Positions 54,829-64,000 of a DNA stretch of 64,000 nucleotides are shown here, in pieces. This DNA comes from Bacteroidales bacterium. GTDB lineage: Bacteria; Bacteroidota; Bacteroidia; Bacteroidales; NBLH01. Every line of letters begins with the position of its first letter. The first letter of the stretch is position 1. The position numbers and the translations under genes are program-made. The notes below the pieces were generated by a model. The model saw nothing but the letters and a program-made list of their open reading frames with translations, searched no databases and was not told the origin of the DNA. Location: assembly GCA_050296515.1 (NCBI GenBank), contig JBNKRJ010000032.1, forward strand, positions 1,128 to 65,127, in the 5' to 3' direction.

Positions 54829-55695
54829 ATGAACAAAATTCTCATTCAACTTCTTTCTTTATGCCTGCTCATTAATTTATCTTCAAAAATAAATGCCCAA
54901 TCAAATAGTCCATTTATCCATCAATCATTAAAAAAAGCCTGGACATCAGAAAAACAATTAGCGACCCCGGAATCAGTGCTATATTATGAAAAGGAAAATA
55001 TACTTTTTGTTTCAAATGTAAACGGACAACCAACGGATAAAGATAATAATGGATTCATTACAAAAATGACCTTGGATGGCAAAATTGTAAAGCTTAAATG
55101 GGTTAATGGACTTAATGCTCCTAAAGGAATGGGCATTTACAAAAATAAGTTGTATGTTACGGATATTGATCAGTTAGTTGAAATAGATATTAAAAGTGGT
55201 AAGATCTTAAAGAAATATGAGGGAGAAAAGGCAAGGTTTTTAAATGATATAGCAATAGGAAAAGATGGAACCGTTTATGTTTCAGATATGCAAAACAACA
55301 TAATTTATGCGCTGAAAAAGGGTAAATTAGATATCTGGCTGATGGTTGGGAACCTTTTCCAACCCAACGGTTTACTCATTGACGAGAATAAATTGCTGGT
55401 TGGTTGTATGAATTATGTTGTTTCTGTTGATCTTCTAACAAAGCATGTTCGTACTTATATTACAGAAACGGGCTCTATAGATGGACTGGTAAAAAACGGG
55501 AGTGAGAAATACATTATTTCTGATTGGGCAGGTAACATACATGCCATTAACAAAAATGATCCTAAACTTAAACTGATAAGCACCGAAGCAGAAAATGTTA
55601 ATGCTGCTGATATTGAGTATATTAAATCGAAAAAATTACTAATTGTTCCAACTTCTTTCGATAACCGGGTAATGGCCTATAAAGTAAATTTGTGA
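54829..55695 (+). CDS. Secreted beta-propeller protein (SMP-30/gluconolactonase/NHL-like)
   Basis: Start at MNKILIQLLSLCLL (signal peptide). Repeats of the type LNAPKGMGIYKNKLYVTD, FLNDIAIGKDGTVYVSD, FQPNGLLIDENKLLV. Confidence 0.55.
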   Translation: MNKILIQLLSLCLLINLSSKINAQSNSPFIHQSLKKAWTSEKQLATPESVLYYEKENILFVSNVNGQPTDKDNNGFITKMTLDGKIVKLKWVNGLNAPKGMGIYKNKLYVTDIDQLVEIDIKSGKILKKYEGEKARFLNDIAIGKDGTVYVSDMQNNIIYALKKGKLDIWLMVGNLFQPNGLLIDENKLLVGCMNYVVSVDLLTKHVRTYITETGSIDGLVKNGSEKYIISDWAGNIHAINKNDPKLKLISTEAENVNAADIEYIKSKKLLIVPTSFDNRVMAYKVNL

Positions 55696-55710
55696 AAAAG
55701 ATTAACCAAT

Positions 55711-57741
55711 TTAATTAGGCTGCTGCTTTCCATATTTATTGACAAAAATACTCGCTTCAGGATAGTTCTCGTGAATCAACTTCAACTCTATTTCAGCTTC
55801 CCACTCATATTTGTAATTTCCGAAATAATAAATATATCTGCCATTCTCAAACTGCTCTTTAACATTATCAATTCCGGTAAAAAAGGATAAAAGCATTTTG
55901 CTTTCAGAGGAAATTAATTTTATAGAATATCTTTCAGTGGAAAACGTTGAATCAGAGATTTCGTTCTCTTCAACAGGATTTAAAGATGTTACTACATCAC
56001 CTTTATTTTTTTCAGCCAATTCTTTCGCAACAATTTTTGGTCCTTCTTTAATTGCATTTGTCGTTTTTTCAACAGAAGCATAAACATCCACATTCCCTTT
56101 CACTTTGTCAGCTCTAACTAACTCAGTATCATCATATAAATTGATAATAACATCTTTTAATCTTACAGATTGTTCATTAGCAAGGTAAGAATTGCTTTTA
56201 GGAAATTTCATTACAGCCTGGTAAAATACCTGATTTTTATACGAATATGATATTTCGTAGTTAGTTGCAGCGGATAAAACAAGAGCAAAATCACCAAACC
56301 TATTGGTTCGGTATGTTTTTACCTGGTACTTTTCCATATCTCTCACAACAACTTTAACATCTCTATCAAAATCAATGTTTTTTGAGCAGTTTACTTTTCC
56401 GGTTACTAAAGCATAGCCTTTTCCGGTAGAATCATTAACATAATATTTAAAGATATCACTTTGCCCCTTTGTGCCTTCTCTCATTGAAGAAGTAAGTGCA
56501 TACTGACCGTTTGGCATTGGCTGATAAAAAAAGTCATCATTAATGGTATTTATCGGACTCCCCAGGTTTGCCGCTTTTGTCCATCCAGTTTTTTCATCAA
56601 AAAAGCTTGTAAAAATGTCAAAGCCTCCCATTGAAACATGTCCCTGAGAACAAAAAAACAGCACACCATTTTCATGTAATAAAGGAGACTCCTCATTAAA
56701 CTCGGTGTTGATATTTTTACCTAAATTTTTTGGCTCACCCCAAATGTTATCTCCTTTATTTTCAGCCATATAAACATCAGTCCCTCCGAACCCACCTTTC
56801 CTGTCACTTGTAAAAAATAAGGTTTTACCATCAGGCGATAAACTGCCATAGGTCTCATTATTTCTTGAATTAACTGGCTCCGAGAATTCTTTTGGAACTG
56901 TCCACTCCCTATCACTTATCCGGTTAGAATAATAAAGGTTGCTCCTACTCTTTTCAATTCGCTGAATAATTAAAAAACTACCATCCTTTGAAATCCAACA
57001 AGCCGATTCATCATCAGTTGTATTAATATTTTCGATACTGGTCGGTGCAGTCCATTCTCCATCTTCATACCGTGAATGATAAACATTGTCATCAAGCACC
57101 TCTTGTTTATTTTTTTGACTTCTCCTAAGGGTTTCCCTTCTGGATGTAAAAATTATTTCTTTTCCATCATTAAACAACAATGGGTTTTTATCTGAGTATT
57201 TGGAGTTTAACTCAAAAATATTTTGAATGTCAACCTTTATCGAAGACTGGGCAAACATTTGCGCATTGTAACAGTACTCTTTTAGATTGGTTACCTGTTT
57301 TCTGAAAAACTGATTATTATGCGGAATTTTGATTAATAAAATATCAAGATAATCAACAGCCATCTTGTATTTCTGATCTTGATGATAGGCCAGCGCCAGG
57401 TAATAATAAGCTTCAAGTGGTGCTTTATCAACAGGCTTTGAAGTGCTTAACTCTATTGAACGAAGCAAATATTCAATTGCTTTATCCAATCCAAAACCAG
57501 TATTTAAATAAGTATAACCCAGTAAGAAATTTAGTTTGGGATTTTCTTCATCTTCGTTATATAACTTTCTGTATAATGGTAAAGCTTTTTCAAACTTCCC
57601 TTCTTGTAAAAAAGATTCAGCTTCTCTTTCAATTCCGGCAGTACTCTTTTGAGCATTGTCATCTCCAATTCGTTGCGCTTTTGCTGAAAATGAGAAAAAA
57701 TACAAAAAGCTAAAAACGATATAGAAATACCCTGTTTTCAT
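55711..57741 (-). CDS. TPR + PD40 beta-propeller protein with SPOR-like C-terminus (paralog of the N-terminal two-thirds of 24564..26627)
   Basis: Signal peptide, TPR repeats, PD40 repeats (GGTDVYMA, GGFDIFTS). C-terminal YSIKLISS...YYFGNYKYEWEAEIELKLI is SPOR-like. Confidence 0.75.
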   Translation of the reverse strand: MKTGYFYIVFSFLYFFSFSAKAQRIGDDNAQKSTAGIEREAESFLQEGKFEKALPLYRKLYNEDEENPKLNFLLGYTYLNTGFGLDKAIEYLLRSIELSTSKPVDKAPLEAYYYLALAYHQDQKYKMAVDYLDILLIKIPHNNQFFRKQVTNLKEYCYNAQMFAQSSIKVDIQNIFELNSKYSDKNPLLFNDGKEIIFTSRRETLRRSQKNKQEVLDDNVYHSRYEDGEWTAPTSIENINTTDDESACWISKDGSFLIIQRIEKSRSNLYYSNRISDREWTVPKEFSEPVNSRNNETYGSLSPDGKTLFFTSDRKGGFGGTDVYMAENKGDNIWGEPKNLGKNINTEFNEESPLLHENGVLFFCSQGHVSMGGFDIFTSFFDEKTGWTKAANLGSPINTINDDFFYQPMPNGQYALTSSMREGTKGQSDIFKYYVNDSTGKGYALVTGKVNCSKNIDFDRDVKVVVRDMEKYQVKTYRTNRFGDFALVLSAATNYEISYSYKNQVFYQAVMKFPKSNSYLANEQSVRLKDVIINLYDDTELVRADKVKGNVDVYASVEKTTNAIKEGPKIVAKELAEKNKGDVVTSLNPVEENEISDSTFSTERYSIKLISSESKMLLSFFTGIDNVKEQFENGRYIYYFGNYKYEWEAEIELKLIHENYPEASIFVNKYGKQQPN

Positions 57742-58098
57742 CCACTCACTAGTTAAGGTTATTTACCTGATATTTAATCATAAACACTGTTCATCATTAC
57801 CATAATCAATAAACCAGACAGTATTTACATCAAGCGGCTTAGGTTTGAATGCGCAAATCTAGTTACTATTCAACACTTCTGCAACTGAAGTGCCAAACAA
57901 TCAAGCTCTTATTTAAAAATTTTATTTTGATTAACAGGATTACAAAAACCTGTCACTCACAAGCAAAATAGATTGAAATTAGATTGATAGGATTGAAATA
58001 ACAATAACAAATTAAATGAATCTTTATTCAATCTGTTTTTTTGAATACAAATTTCCATTTTCTTCAAAAAAAACACAGACCTTAAAAATAAAGCGACA

Positions 58099-58926
58099 CT
58101 AATCATAATCGCGTAATCCATAATTTACATTCTGCTTTTGGTGAGCTTCAAGATAGTCATTGAAATCAGCTTTTTTGCCATTAATGGTTAATAATTGATT
58201 CTGTTCATTAAAGTCTTCTTCAATATCTTCAATCAAACTTTTATCCTGCAACTTCTCCATGTACAGAACAATATTATCATAATATTTGCTGTAATTATAA
58301 CGTCCAGCATAGCCATATATTGCGGTTTTCAGAGGCGTATTTTTAACCTGCTTACCAGAACGATAATAAACAAGCATTCTTGCTGCAGCATCGATATTTA
58401 AAATGGGGTTAAAACGATCATCATACTCAATTAGTTTTTTTCTGTCGTAGTTGTTTTTAATAATTAGCTTTCGTAGTTCTCTTCCATGCTTTCTGCAGAC
58501 AAGTTTTTCGCAGTTTTTATACGTTTTTAATCCAAACTGCTTTGCCAATTTAGGCTGCATATGAATTAACCCGATTCCTCCATCATCACTGCTATTGGGA
58601 AGTAAATCGACACCTCCCGACTCATGCATAATCATTGCAAGCATCAGATTTTCAGGAAGTTTATATTTCTTCTCAACAGCATCAGTGATGTTTTTAAAAC
58701 GAAGACTTCTTAGAATCATTCCGTACATACGTTGCCCATAAACACCTCCTTTTTTCACTTCACCCAGCATATTTAAATTATTAAACAAAGGTTCTTTGAC
58801 TATTTCGTTATAGTCCAACTTTAATTCCTTGGTTAATAGCTTATCTCTTTTTTTTGTTGCCGGAAAATCGTACGACTTACAACAGCCGAATAGAGTTACT
58901 AAAAAAATAGCGATTATGATTCTCAT
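58099..58926 (-). CDS. Lytic transglycosylase (SLT) domain lipoprotein
   Basis: Lipobox LFGCC; catalytic MIMHESGG...GGIGLIHMQP. Confidence 0.75.
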   Translation of the reverse strand: MRIIIAIFLVTLFGCCKSYDFPATKKRDKLLTKELKLDYNEIVKEPLFNNLNMLGEVKKGGVYGQRMYGMILRSLRFKNITDAVEKKYKLPENLMLAMIMHESGGVDLLPNSSDDGGIGLIHMQPKLAKQFGLKTYKNCEKLVCRKHGRELRKLIIKNNYDRKKLIEYDDRFNPILNIDAAARMLVYYRSGKQVKNTPLKTAIYGYAGRYNYSKYYDNIVLYMEKLQDKSLIEDIEEDFNEQNQLLTINGKKADFNDYLEAHQKQNVNYGLRDYD

Positions 58927-58943
58927 TTTCAGGTTCTATCTTA

Positions 58944-61376
58944 TTAAAAATTAATCATTTTCACATTTATGAATGCATTAGAATTCCTGCCTTTATCATC
59001 TGTACAAGATATTTTCAACTTACCTTCTTCTGGTTTAAAAAACACTTTTTGAGTGGGATCACATGATTTTATAAACTTATCGTTGATGTACCAGAAAACT
59101 TTGTCAACATCATTTGCCGCATTGCATGATAACATTATTTCTGTTGTATCTGTCTTATCTACATAATATTCCACATTATGAACCGGTGATGTAATTTCAG
59201 GCTTGCTGTCGGCAAAAACCCTTTCACACTCTGGATTGTGCTTTGGGACTTTGGCATACTTCACCTGGTTTACTTCGTAATAGGTAATCATTTCAGGCAA
59301 ATAATTTGGATACCATGCCTGAATATATCCGGCATCTGGCAAACAGGTTTTGCAGTACGAAATACTGGAATCAGCAGCAATATAGCTCATTTTTAGATGA
59401 TTACAAATTTCAACCGGAGAGATCGAAGGAATGAAAGCATCTGAAGTAATTTGTGTGCAAAAACTGGCAGGAGGCTTTCCGGTTTCAGAACAGACCAGCC
59501 GAAACTCGACTCCTTCAGGCACATCATACCATTCGGCTTCAGATCGATAGTCAAGCGTGTTGAATATTTCAAAAAGTAAAGGGGACGCAGTAGCTGCACC
59601 ACTCATTTCCTGCACTCCCTCAGCAGAAAAATTTCCAACCCATACACCTATTGTGTAATTTTTATTATACCCAACGCTCCAGGCATCTTTTCGTCCGTAA
59701 GATGTTCCTGTTTTCCATGCAACTTTTGGTAAATCAGCACTATTTTGCCACTCAAGAGGAAGATCTGGTCGTTTTACCTGTGTTAAAATCTCTGTCAGCA
59801 TATAAGCAGCTTCAGCTGAAAGGGCTTGAAAACCACCTTTTGCCGTATCTGTTAAAAGCCAATTCAATTCAGTATATTTTCCATTATTGGCAAAAGCATG
59901 ATACATTTTGGTTAATTGTTCAAGATTAACACCACATCCACCAAGCACAACAGAAAGCCCCAGTTTTTTCTCATCTTTTTTTATTTGCTCAAACCCCATT
60001 TTTTTTAAAGCGTTAATAAACAGATGCGTTTTGATTTGATGCAACACCTTCACTGCCACCACATTTAGCGAATTAATTAATGCATCTTCTACTGTTACAT
60101 ATCCATGGTACTGCTTGTCATAATTGGAAGGTTCATAACCACTGTAACTAACCGGGACATCTGTTATCTTTAGTTTTGGGGTAATAATGCCCTTGTCAAA
60201 CCCCATTCCATATAAAAAAGGTTTTAATGTACTTCCTGGTGACCGAATAGCAATAACTCCATCCACCTGGCCAGCATCTTCTTCGTTAAAAAAGTCAGCT
60301 GACCCCACATAAGAAACCACACTATTAGACTGATTATCAACCACTAAAACCGCTGCATTTTTAATATTTTGATTATATAATCGATTAATATAGTTCTCTA
60401 CCAGGTTTTGAACTTTTATCTGTTTTTTATAATCCAAGTGTGTTACAATAATTGGTTTTCCAGGATTATTTGCCTTCATCCGCCAGGAGTATTGTGGTGT
60501 TTTTTTAGGAGATTCGTGTCTGTAAGCCTCCAGAGGTTCACTGATGGCATCTTCAAGGTCTTGTTTTGGAAATAATTCGGCCTCTTGAAAGCGTTTTAGC
60601 CACTTGTTCCGTTGTTCTATAATATAATTGTTGTCCTGTCCTAAAACCAGTGAATTTGGGCGATTTGGGATAATAGAAAGTGCAGTTAACTCAGCCAGGC
60701 TCAAATGATTAGGAGCTTTTTCGAAATACAGGACCGAAGCAGCCTTCACTCCCTCAATGTTTCCTCCATAAGGAACCAGATTAAGGTACATTTGCAGTAT
60801 TTCATCCTTGCTGTATTTGTACTCCAGCTGCGATGCCCGAAACATTTCTAAAAGCTTATTCCAATAGGTTCTTTCTTTGGGTTCAAGAAGCCTGGCAACC
60901 TGCATGGTTATAGTTGAAGCACCTGATGTGCGCTTCCCCTGAACAATATTGTTAAACAATGCCCTGAAAACTGCAAAATAGTTAACTCCATTGTGATAAT
61001 AAAAATACCTGTCCTCTTTAAAAATTATAGCTTTTCGCAGCAAAGGTGTGATTTCGTGTAACTCCGTTTTCATCCGCCATTTGTCATCATTACTCAAAAA
61101 AGCGTGAAGTACAGTACTATCTGAACTCAAGACTATTTGGGAATAATCAATATCATCTGGTAAAGGGAAAGCCAGATTCAGGCATATTGAGAGCGTAATC
61201 AGCAATACAAATACAATTGCAAAAATCCTTAATTCCAAAGCTAGCTTTAGCCAATACTTTCGGATGTTTACTTTGTATTGGTTTCCAAAAAACCTAATGT
61301 ACTTATGTTTATGCAATAACCTCAAATCGTTTTTATTTTGGCTCAACTGAATTCCTAAAATTTGAATAACCATCAA
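58944..61376 (-). CDS. pbpC: Penicillin-binding protein 1C (bifunctional glycosyltransferase/transpeptidase)
   Basis: GT51 motifs (EDRYFYYHNGVN, RTSGASTITMQVARLL), transpeptidase SPGSTLKP, KTGTS, and a C-terminal PBP1C-type Ig-like domain. The exact start is uncertain. Confidence 0.9.
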   Translation of the reverse strand: MMVIQILGIQLSQNKNDLRLLHKHKYIRFFGNQYKVNIRKYWLKLALELRIFAIVFVLLITLSICLNLAFPLPDDIDYSQIVLSSDSTVLHAFLSNDDKWRMKTELHEITPLLRKAIIFKEDRYFYYHNGVNYFAVFRALFNNIVQGKRTSGASTITMQVARLLEPKERTYWNKLLEMFRASQLEYKYSKDEILQMYLNLVPYGGNIEGVKAASVLYFEKAPNHLSLAELTALSIIPNRPNSLVLGQDNNYIIEQRNKWLKRFQEAELFPKQDLEDAISEPLEAYRHESPKKTPQYSWRMKANNPGKPIIVTHLDYKKQIKVQNLVENYINRLYNQNIKNAAVLVVDNQSNSVVSYVGSADFFNEEDAGQVDGVIAIRSPGSTLKPFLYGMGFDKGIITPKLKITDVPVSYSGYEPSNYDKQYHGYVTVEDALINSLNVVAVKVLHQIKTHLFINALKKMGFEQIKKDEKKLGLSVVLGGCGVNLEQLTKMYHAFANNGKYTELNWLLTDTAKGGFQALSAEAAYMLTEILTQVKRPDLPLEWQNSADLPKVAWKTGTSYGRKDAWSVGYNKNYTIGVWVGNFSAEGVQEMSGAATASPLLFEIFNTLDYRSEAEWYDVPEGVEFRLVCSETGKPPASFCTQITSDAFIPSISPVEICNHLKMSYIAADSSISYCKTCLPDAGYIQAWYPNYLPEMITYYEVNQVKYAKVPKHNPECERVFADSKPEITSPVHNVEYYVDKTDTTEIMLSCNAANDVDKVFWYINDKFIKSCDPTQKVFFKPEEGKLKISCTDDKGRNSNAFINVKMINF

Positions 61377-61416
61377 AAATAGTTTTCTTTGCCTTCTATT
61401 ACAAAAAATTAAACCA

Positions 61417-61542
61417 ATGAAACCCTAATTGAGGAATTTATAAAGAAAATTAACTTAACGAAGTGATCTCATGAGCGAAGCGAATAATCGCGCCACAATA
61501 AGGACGTGGCTAAATATCAACAATTTAACTAAATTTAAACAA
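61417..61542 (+). repeat. Start-codon-associated element, copy C (126 bp)
   Basis: ATGAAACCCTAATTGAGG...AACTAAATTTAAACAA, then GTGAAA (61543). Confidence 0.8.
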
Positions 61543-62433
61543 GTGAAAATAGTTTTTTCAATCTACATATTATTAATTTTTGCTTTTTTAGCGTGTAACA
61601 ATTCTACAGATTACAAATCCAAATCCTCACAAAAAACTGAAAAAGAACAGATTTTTGAAGATTTTGCAAAGCAACTGGAAACATCCATAAAGGATGGAAA
61701 TTACAAACTGCTAAACACTTCCTGGGACATTGAACTATTTAAGAGCAAAATATTTTCTTATGGAAAAGTTAAAACGAATGTTCTGGAAGGTGGTGAGAAA
61801 TATTATCGCAAAGTAATATTCAAGAGCAACAACGATATGGTTGACGAAGTAAAACAATATGGAAAACTGTATTTGAGCAGATTTCATATTGAAAATGGAA
61901 CACCAAAGGCCTTTTATACTTACCTTACCGACCAGGGAATCAATTTCATAGAATTTGTTTTTTCGCAAAAAGGAAATGACATAAAAATTGTGGATTATTT
62001 CAATTTTCAGATGGGTGAATATTATAGCGAATCTGTATACAAAATGACAAAAAATATTGCTAAATATGGCAGTAACGAAGGAGCTTATGCAAATGCCTTA
62101 AGACTTGTTAATATTTCCATCACGCAATTGAATGATAAACAATACGAAGAAGCCTGGGAAACCATTAACAAAATTGAACCTTATCTCCTGAATGACAACT
62201 ATTTCCAAACCAAAAGAATTGCAATTGCAAATGCTTATTCAGGTCAGCTTTACAGCCAGGCAATTATGGACTTTCTTGAATTGAACAAAGAAAATGAAAA
62301 GCTTCAGCTATATTACAAAGCTGTTTTGTACAAACGAAATGGAAACAAAAAAGAGTTTAGGAAAGCCGCAACAAATCTTGAAGAACTCGTGGGTTCTTGT
62401 GCACTATTAAAAAAATGGAAGCAAAGTTTGTAA
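61543..62433 (+). CDS. Lipoprotein of unknown function (helical/TPR-like)
   Basis: The GTG start gives VKIVFSIYILLIFAFLAC (lipobox). The ORF-track start at 61471 adds 24 codons that are element sequence. Confidence 0.55.
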   Translation: MKIVFSIYILLIFAFLACNNSTDYKSKSSQKTEKEQIFEDFAKQLETSIKDGNYKLLNTSWDIELFKSKIFSYGKVKTNVLEGGEKYYRKVIFKSNNDMVDEVKQYGKLYLSRFHIENGTPKAFYTYLTDQGINFIEFVFSQKGNDIKIVDYFNFQMGEYYSESVYKMTKNIAKYGSNEGAYANALRLVNISITQLNDKQYEEAWETINKIEPYLLNDNYFQTKRIAIANAYSGQLYSQAIMDFLELNKENEKLQLYYKAVLYKRNGNKKEFRKAATNLEELVGSCALLKKWKQSL

Positions 62434-62603
62434 AGCAAACGTTGAGGTTAGAACCTAAAAATTAGATTTGACACCCCAATTTCTATTCATTTAATTTCTG
62501 AAATTTTTATTCAAATATTTCTACTTTTGTACTTCTTCAAAAGAAATGAACTTTTTCCTTTGACAGAAACTCAAAATATATACTTAACTAAAATTTTTAA
62601 TCA

Positions 62604-64000
62604 ATGAATAGCGAAGTAATAGCTGCCTATTTGGAGCACGAAAAAGAAAGAAAAGAGTTGGGAATTCCGCCTTTACCGCTTAATACCATCCAAACCGCTG
62701 AAGTTTGTAAATTGTTAGAAAACCCTGGTAGTAAGGAAGAATTTCTTCTAGACTTATTCAAAAACAGAATTGCTCCCGGAGTGGATCCTTCAGCCGAAAT
62801 TAAAGCTGATTTCCTGAATAAAATACTTAAGAATGAAGTAGCATGTCCTATAATTGATAAAAAGGAGGCCATTTTCATTCTTGGAACTATGATAGGAGGC
62901 TATAATGTTTTGCATTTGGTTGAAGCACTAAAAAACAAAGAAATTGCTAATGATGCAGCAGAAGCTTTAAAAGGTATTACCCTTGTTTACGATGCTTTTG
63001 AAACTGTTCTGGAACTTTCAAAAACCAATGATGCTGCAAAAGCAGTTATAGATTCTTGGGCTAATGCTGAATGGTTTACTTCAAAGCCAGAATTACCAGA
63101 TGAAATTAAAATAAAAGCCTATAAAGTTGATGGCGAAATCAATACAGATGATTTTTCACCAGCATCTGAAGCAGCTACTCGTCCTGATATTCCATTACAC
63201 GCTTTATCAATGGGGCAAAGTTTGTTTCCTGAAGGTAATAAAACCATTGCTGAATGGAGAAAACAAGGCCATTCAGTAGCATTTGTTGGTGACGTGGTAG
63301 GAACCGGATCTTCCAGAAAATCAGCAACTAATTCTGTTTTATGGCACATTGGTAATGACATACCATTTGTACCAAATAAACGCAGAGAAGGCGTTGTTTT
63401 AGGAAACGCCATCGCACCAATTTTCTTCAATACGGTAGAAGATTCAGGTGGTTTGCCAATTATGTGTGATGTCGCCAACATCAACAGCGGTGATGAGTTA
63501 ACTATTTTTACAAAAACCGGTGAAATCAAAAACCAAAATGGTGAAGTAGTTTCAACTTTCAAGCTAAAGCCAAATACATTAGCAGATGAATATCATGCAG
63601 GTGGCAGAATTCCGTTAATTATTGGCCGTTCTTTGACTGAAAAAACAAGAAAAGCTTTAGGATTAGGTGATTCTGATGTATTTGCAAAACCAGATCAACC
63701 TGTTCATAAAGAAAATCAAGCATATACCCTGGCCCAAAAAATGGTTGGAAAAGCATGTGGAAAAGCCGGAGTACTTCCAGGTGAATCTGTTGAGCCAATT
63801 ATGACAACTGTTGGTTCGCAAGATACAACTGGCCCAATGACTGCAGATGAATTAACTGAACTGGCATGTTTGAAGTTCCAGGCACCAATGTACATGCAAT
63901 CATTCTGTCACACAGCAGCTTATCCTAAAGAGGCCGATGTAAAAACGCACAAAAAATTACCTCAATTTACTATTGAACGTGGAGGTCTATCCTTGCTTCC
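62604..64000 (+). CDS. acnB: Aconitate hydratase B (bifunctional aconitase 2 / 2-methylisocitrate dehydratase), 3' end beyond window
   Basis: Absent from the ORF track because it has no stop in the window. ATG 62604 opens MNSEVIAAYLEHEKERKELGIPPLPLNTIQTAEVCKLLENPGSKEEFLLDLFKNRIAPGVDPSAEIKADFL..., colinear with the E. coli AcnB N-terminus (…EEFLLDLLTNRVPPGVDEAAYVKAGFL…). The frame is open to 64000. Confidence 0.9.
   Translation, partial: MNSEVIAAYLEHEKERKELGIPPLPLNTIQTAEVCKLLENPGSKEEFLLDLFKNRIAPGVDPSAEIKADFLNKILKNEVACPIIDKKEAIFILGTMIGGYNVLHLVEALKNKEIANDAAEALKGITLVYDAFETVLELSKTNDAAKAVIDSWANAEWFTSKPELPDEIKIKAYKVDGEINTDDFSPASEAATRPDIPLHALSMGQSLFPEGNKTIAEWRKQGHSVAFVGDVVGTGSSRKSATNSVLWHIGNDIPFVPNKRREGVVLGNAIAPIFFNTVEDSGGLPIMCDVANINSGDELTIFTKTGEIKNQNGEVVSTFKLKPNTLADEYHAGGRIPLIIGRSLTEKTRKALGLGDSDVFAKPDQPVHKENQAYTLAQKMVGKACGKAGVLPGESVEPIMTTVGSQDTTGPMTADELTELACLKFQAPMYMQSFCHTAAYPKEADVKTHKKLPQFTIERGGLSLL

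Noticed and set aside
62627-63562. Minus-strand ORFs of 83 aa (62627..62878) and 147 aa (63119..63562).
   Set aside because: They are shadows of the unlisted plus-strand acnB frame, which is open from 62604 to the window end and matches AcnB colinearly.
1-64000. Looked for tRNA/rRNA genes, CRISPR arrays, transposases, integrases, phage genes and recognisable defence-system enzymes (nucleases, helicases, methyltransferases, reverse transcriptase).
   Set aside because: None found by eye. Every long ORF is accounted for by regulatory, surface, metabolic or housekeeping functions.

Overview
This is an AT-rich chromosomal segment from a member of the Bacteroidota. Evidence for that placement: type A and type B T9SS C-terminal sorting domains, a PorP/SprF gene, TAnnTTTG-type -7 boxes, and A-rich leaders with no Shine-Dalgarno sequence. 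I support 44 protein-coding genes or pseudogenes. I saw no tRNA, rRNA, CRISPR array, transposase or integrase. The blocks are: (1) three two-component systems (1-2035, 4894-8390, 9498-11394) separated by unusually long, repeat-filled non-coding stretches; (2) a T9SS cargo locus (12534-26627) with a 3276-aa type-A-CTD giant surface protein, a type-B-CTD protein, PorP/SprF and a TPR/PD40/OmpA protein; (3) a Phe/Tyr catabolic supercluster (27429-37483) covering the homogentisate pathway, acetoacetate CoA-transferase, a long-form aromatic amino-acid hydroxylase and pterin genes; (4) housekeeping and metabolic genes (mnmE, sucD, fused 2-oxoacid dehydrogenase E1, mutS2, etfAB, pbpC, acnB), with two tandem methyl-accepting chemotaxis protein genes among them. 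The observations I rate highest come from the DNA itself. First, a ~126-bp repeat family sits exactly between a stranded RTGAAA start codon (leaving a 3-4 codon M-K-P mini-ORF) and the functional RTGAAA start of three genes. Second, a start-proximal AACTAAAATTTAAAC motif is shared by five genes. Third, a twin ~330-bp repeat contains a 66-nt perfectly conserved hairpin core. Fourth, there is a 63-bp-arm palindrome. Fifth, three helically phased TTGTCCACC boxes lie in front of the giant adhesin gene. I also found several gene remnants that the ORF track hides. I cannot assign function to any of these from sequence alone, and all family assignments come from motif recognition by eye, not from searches.
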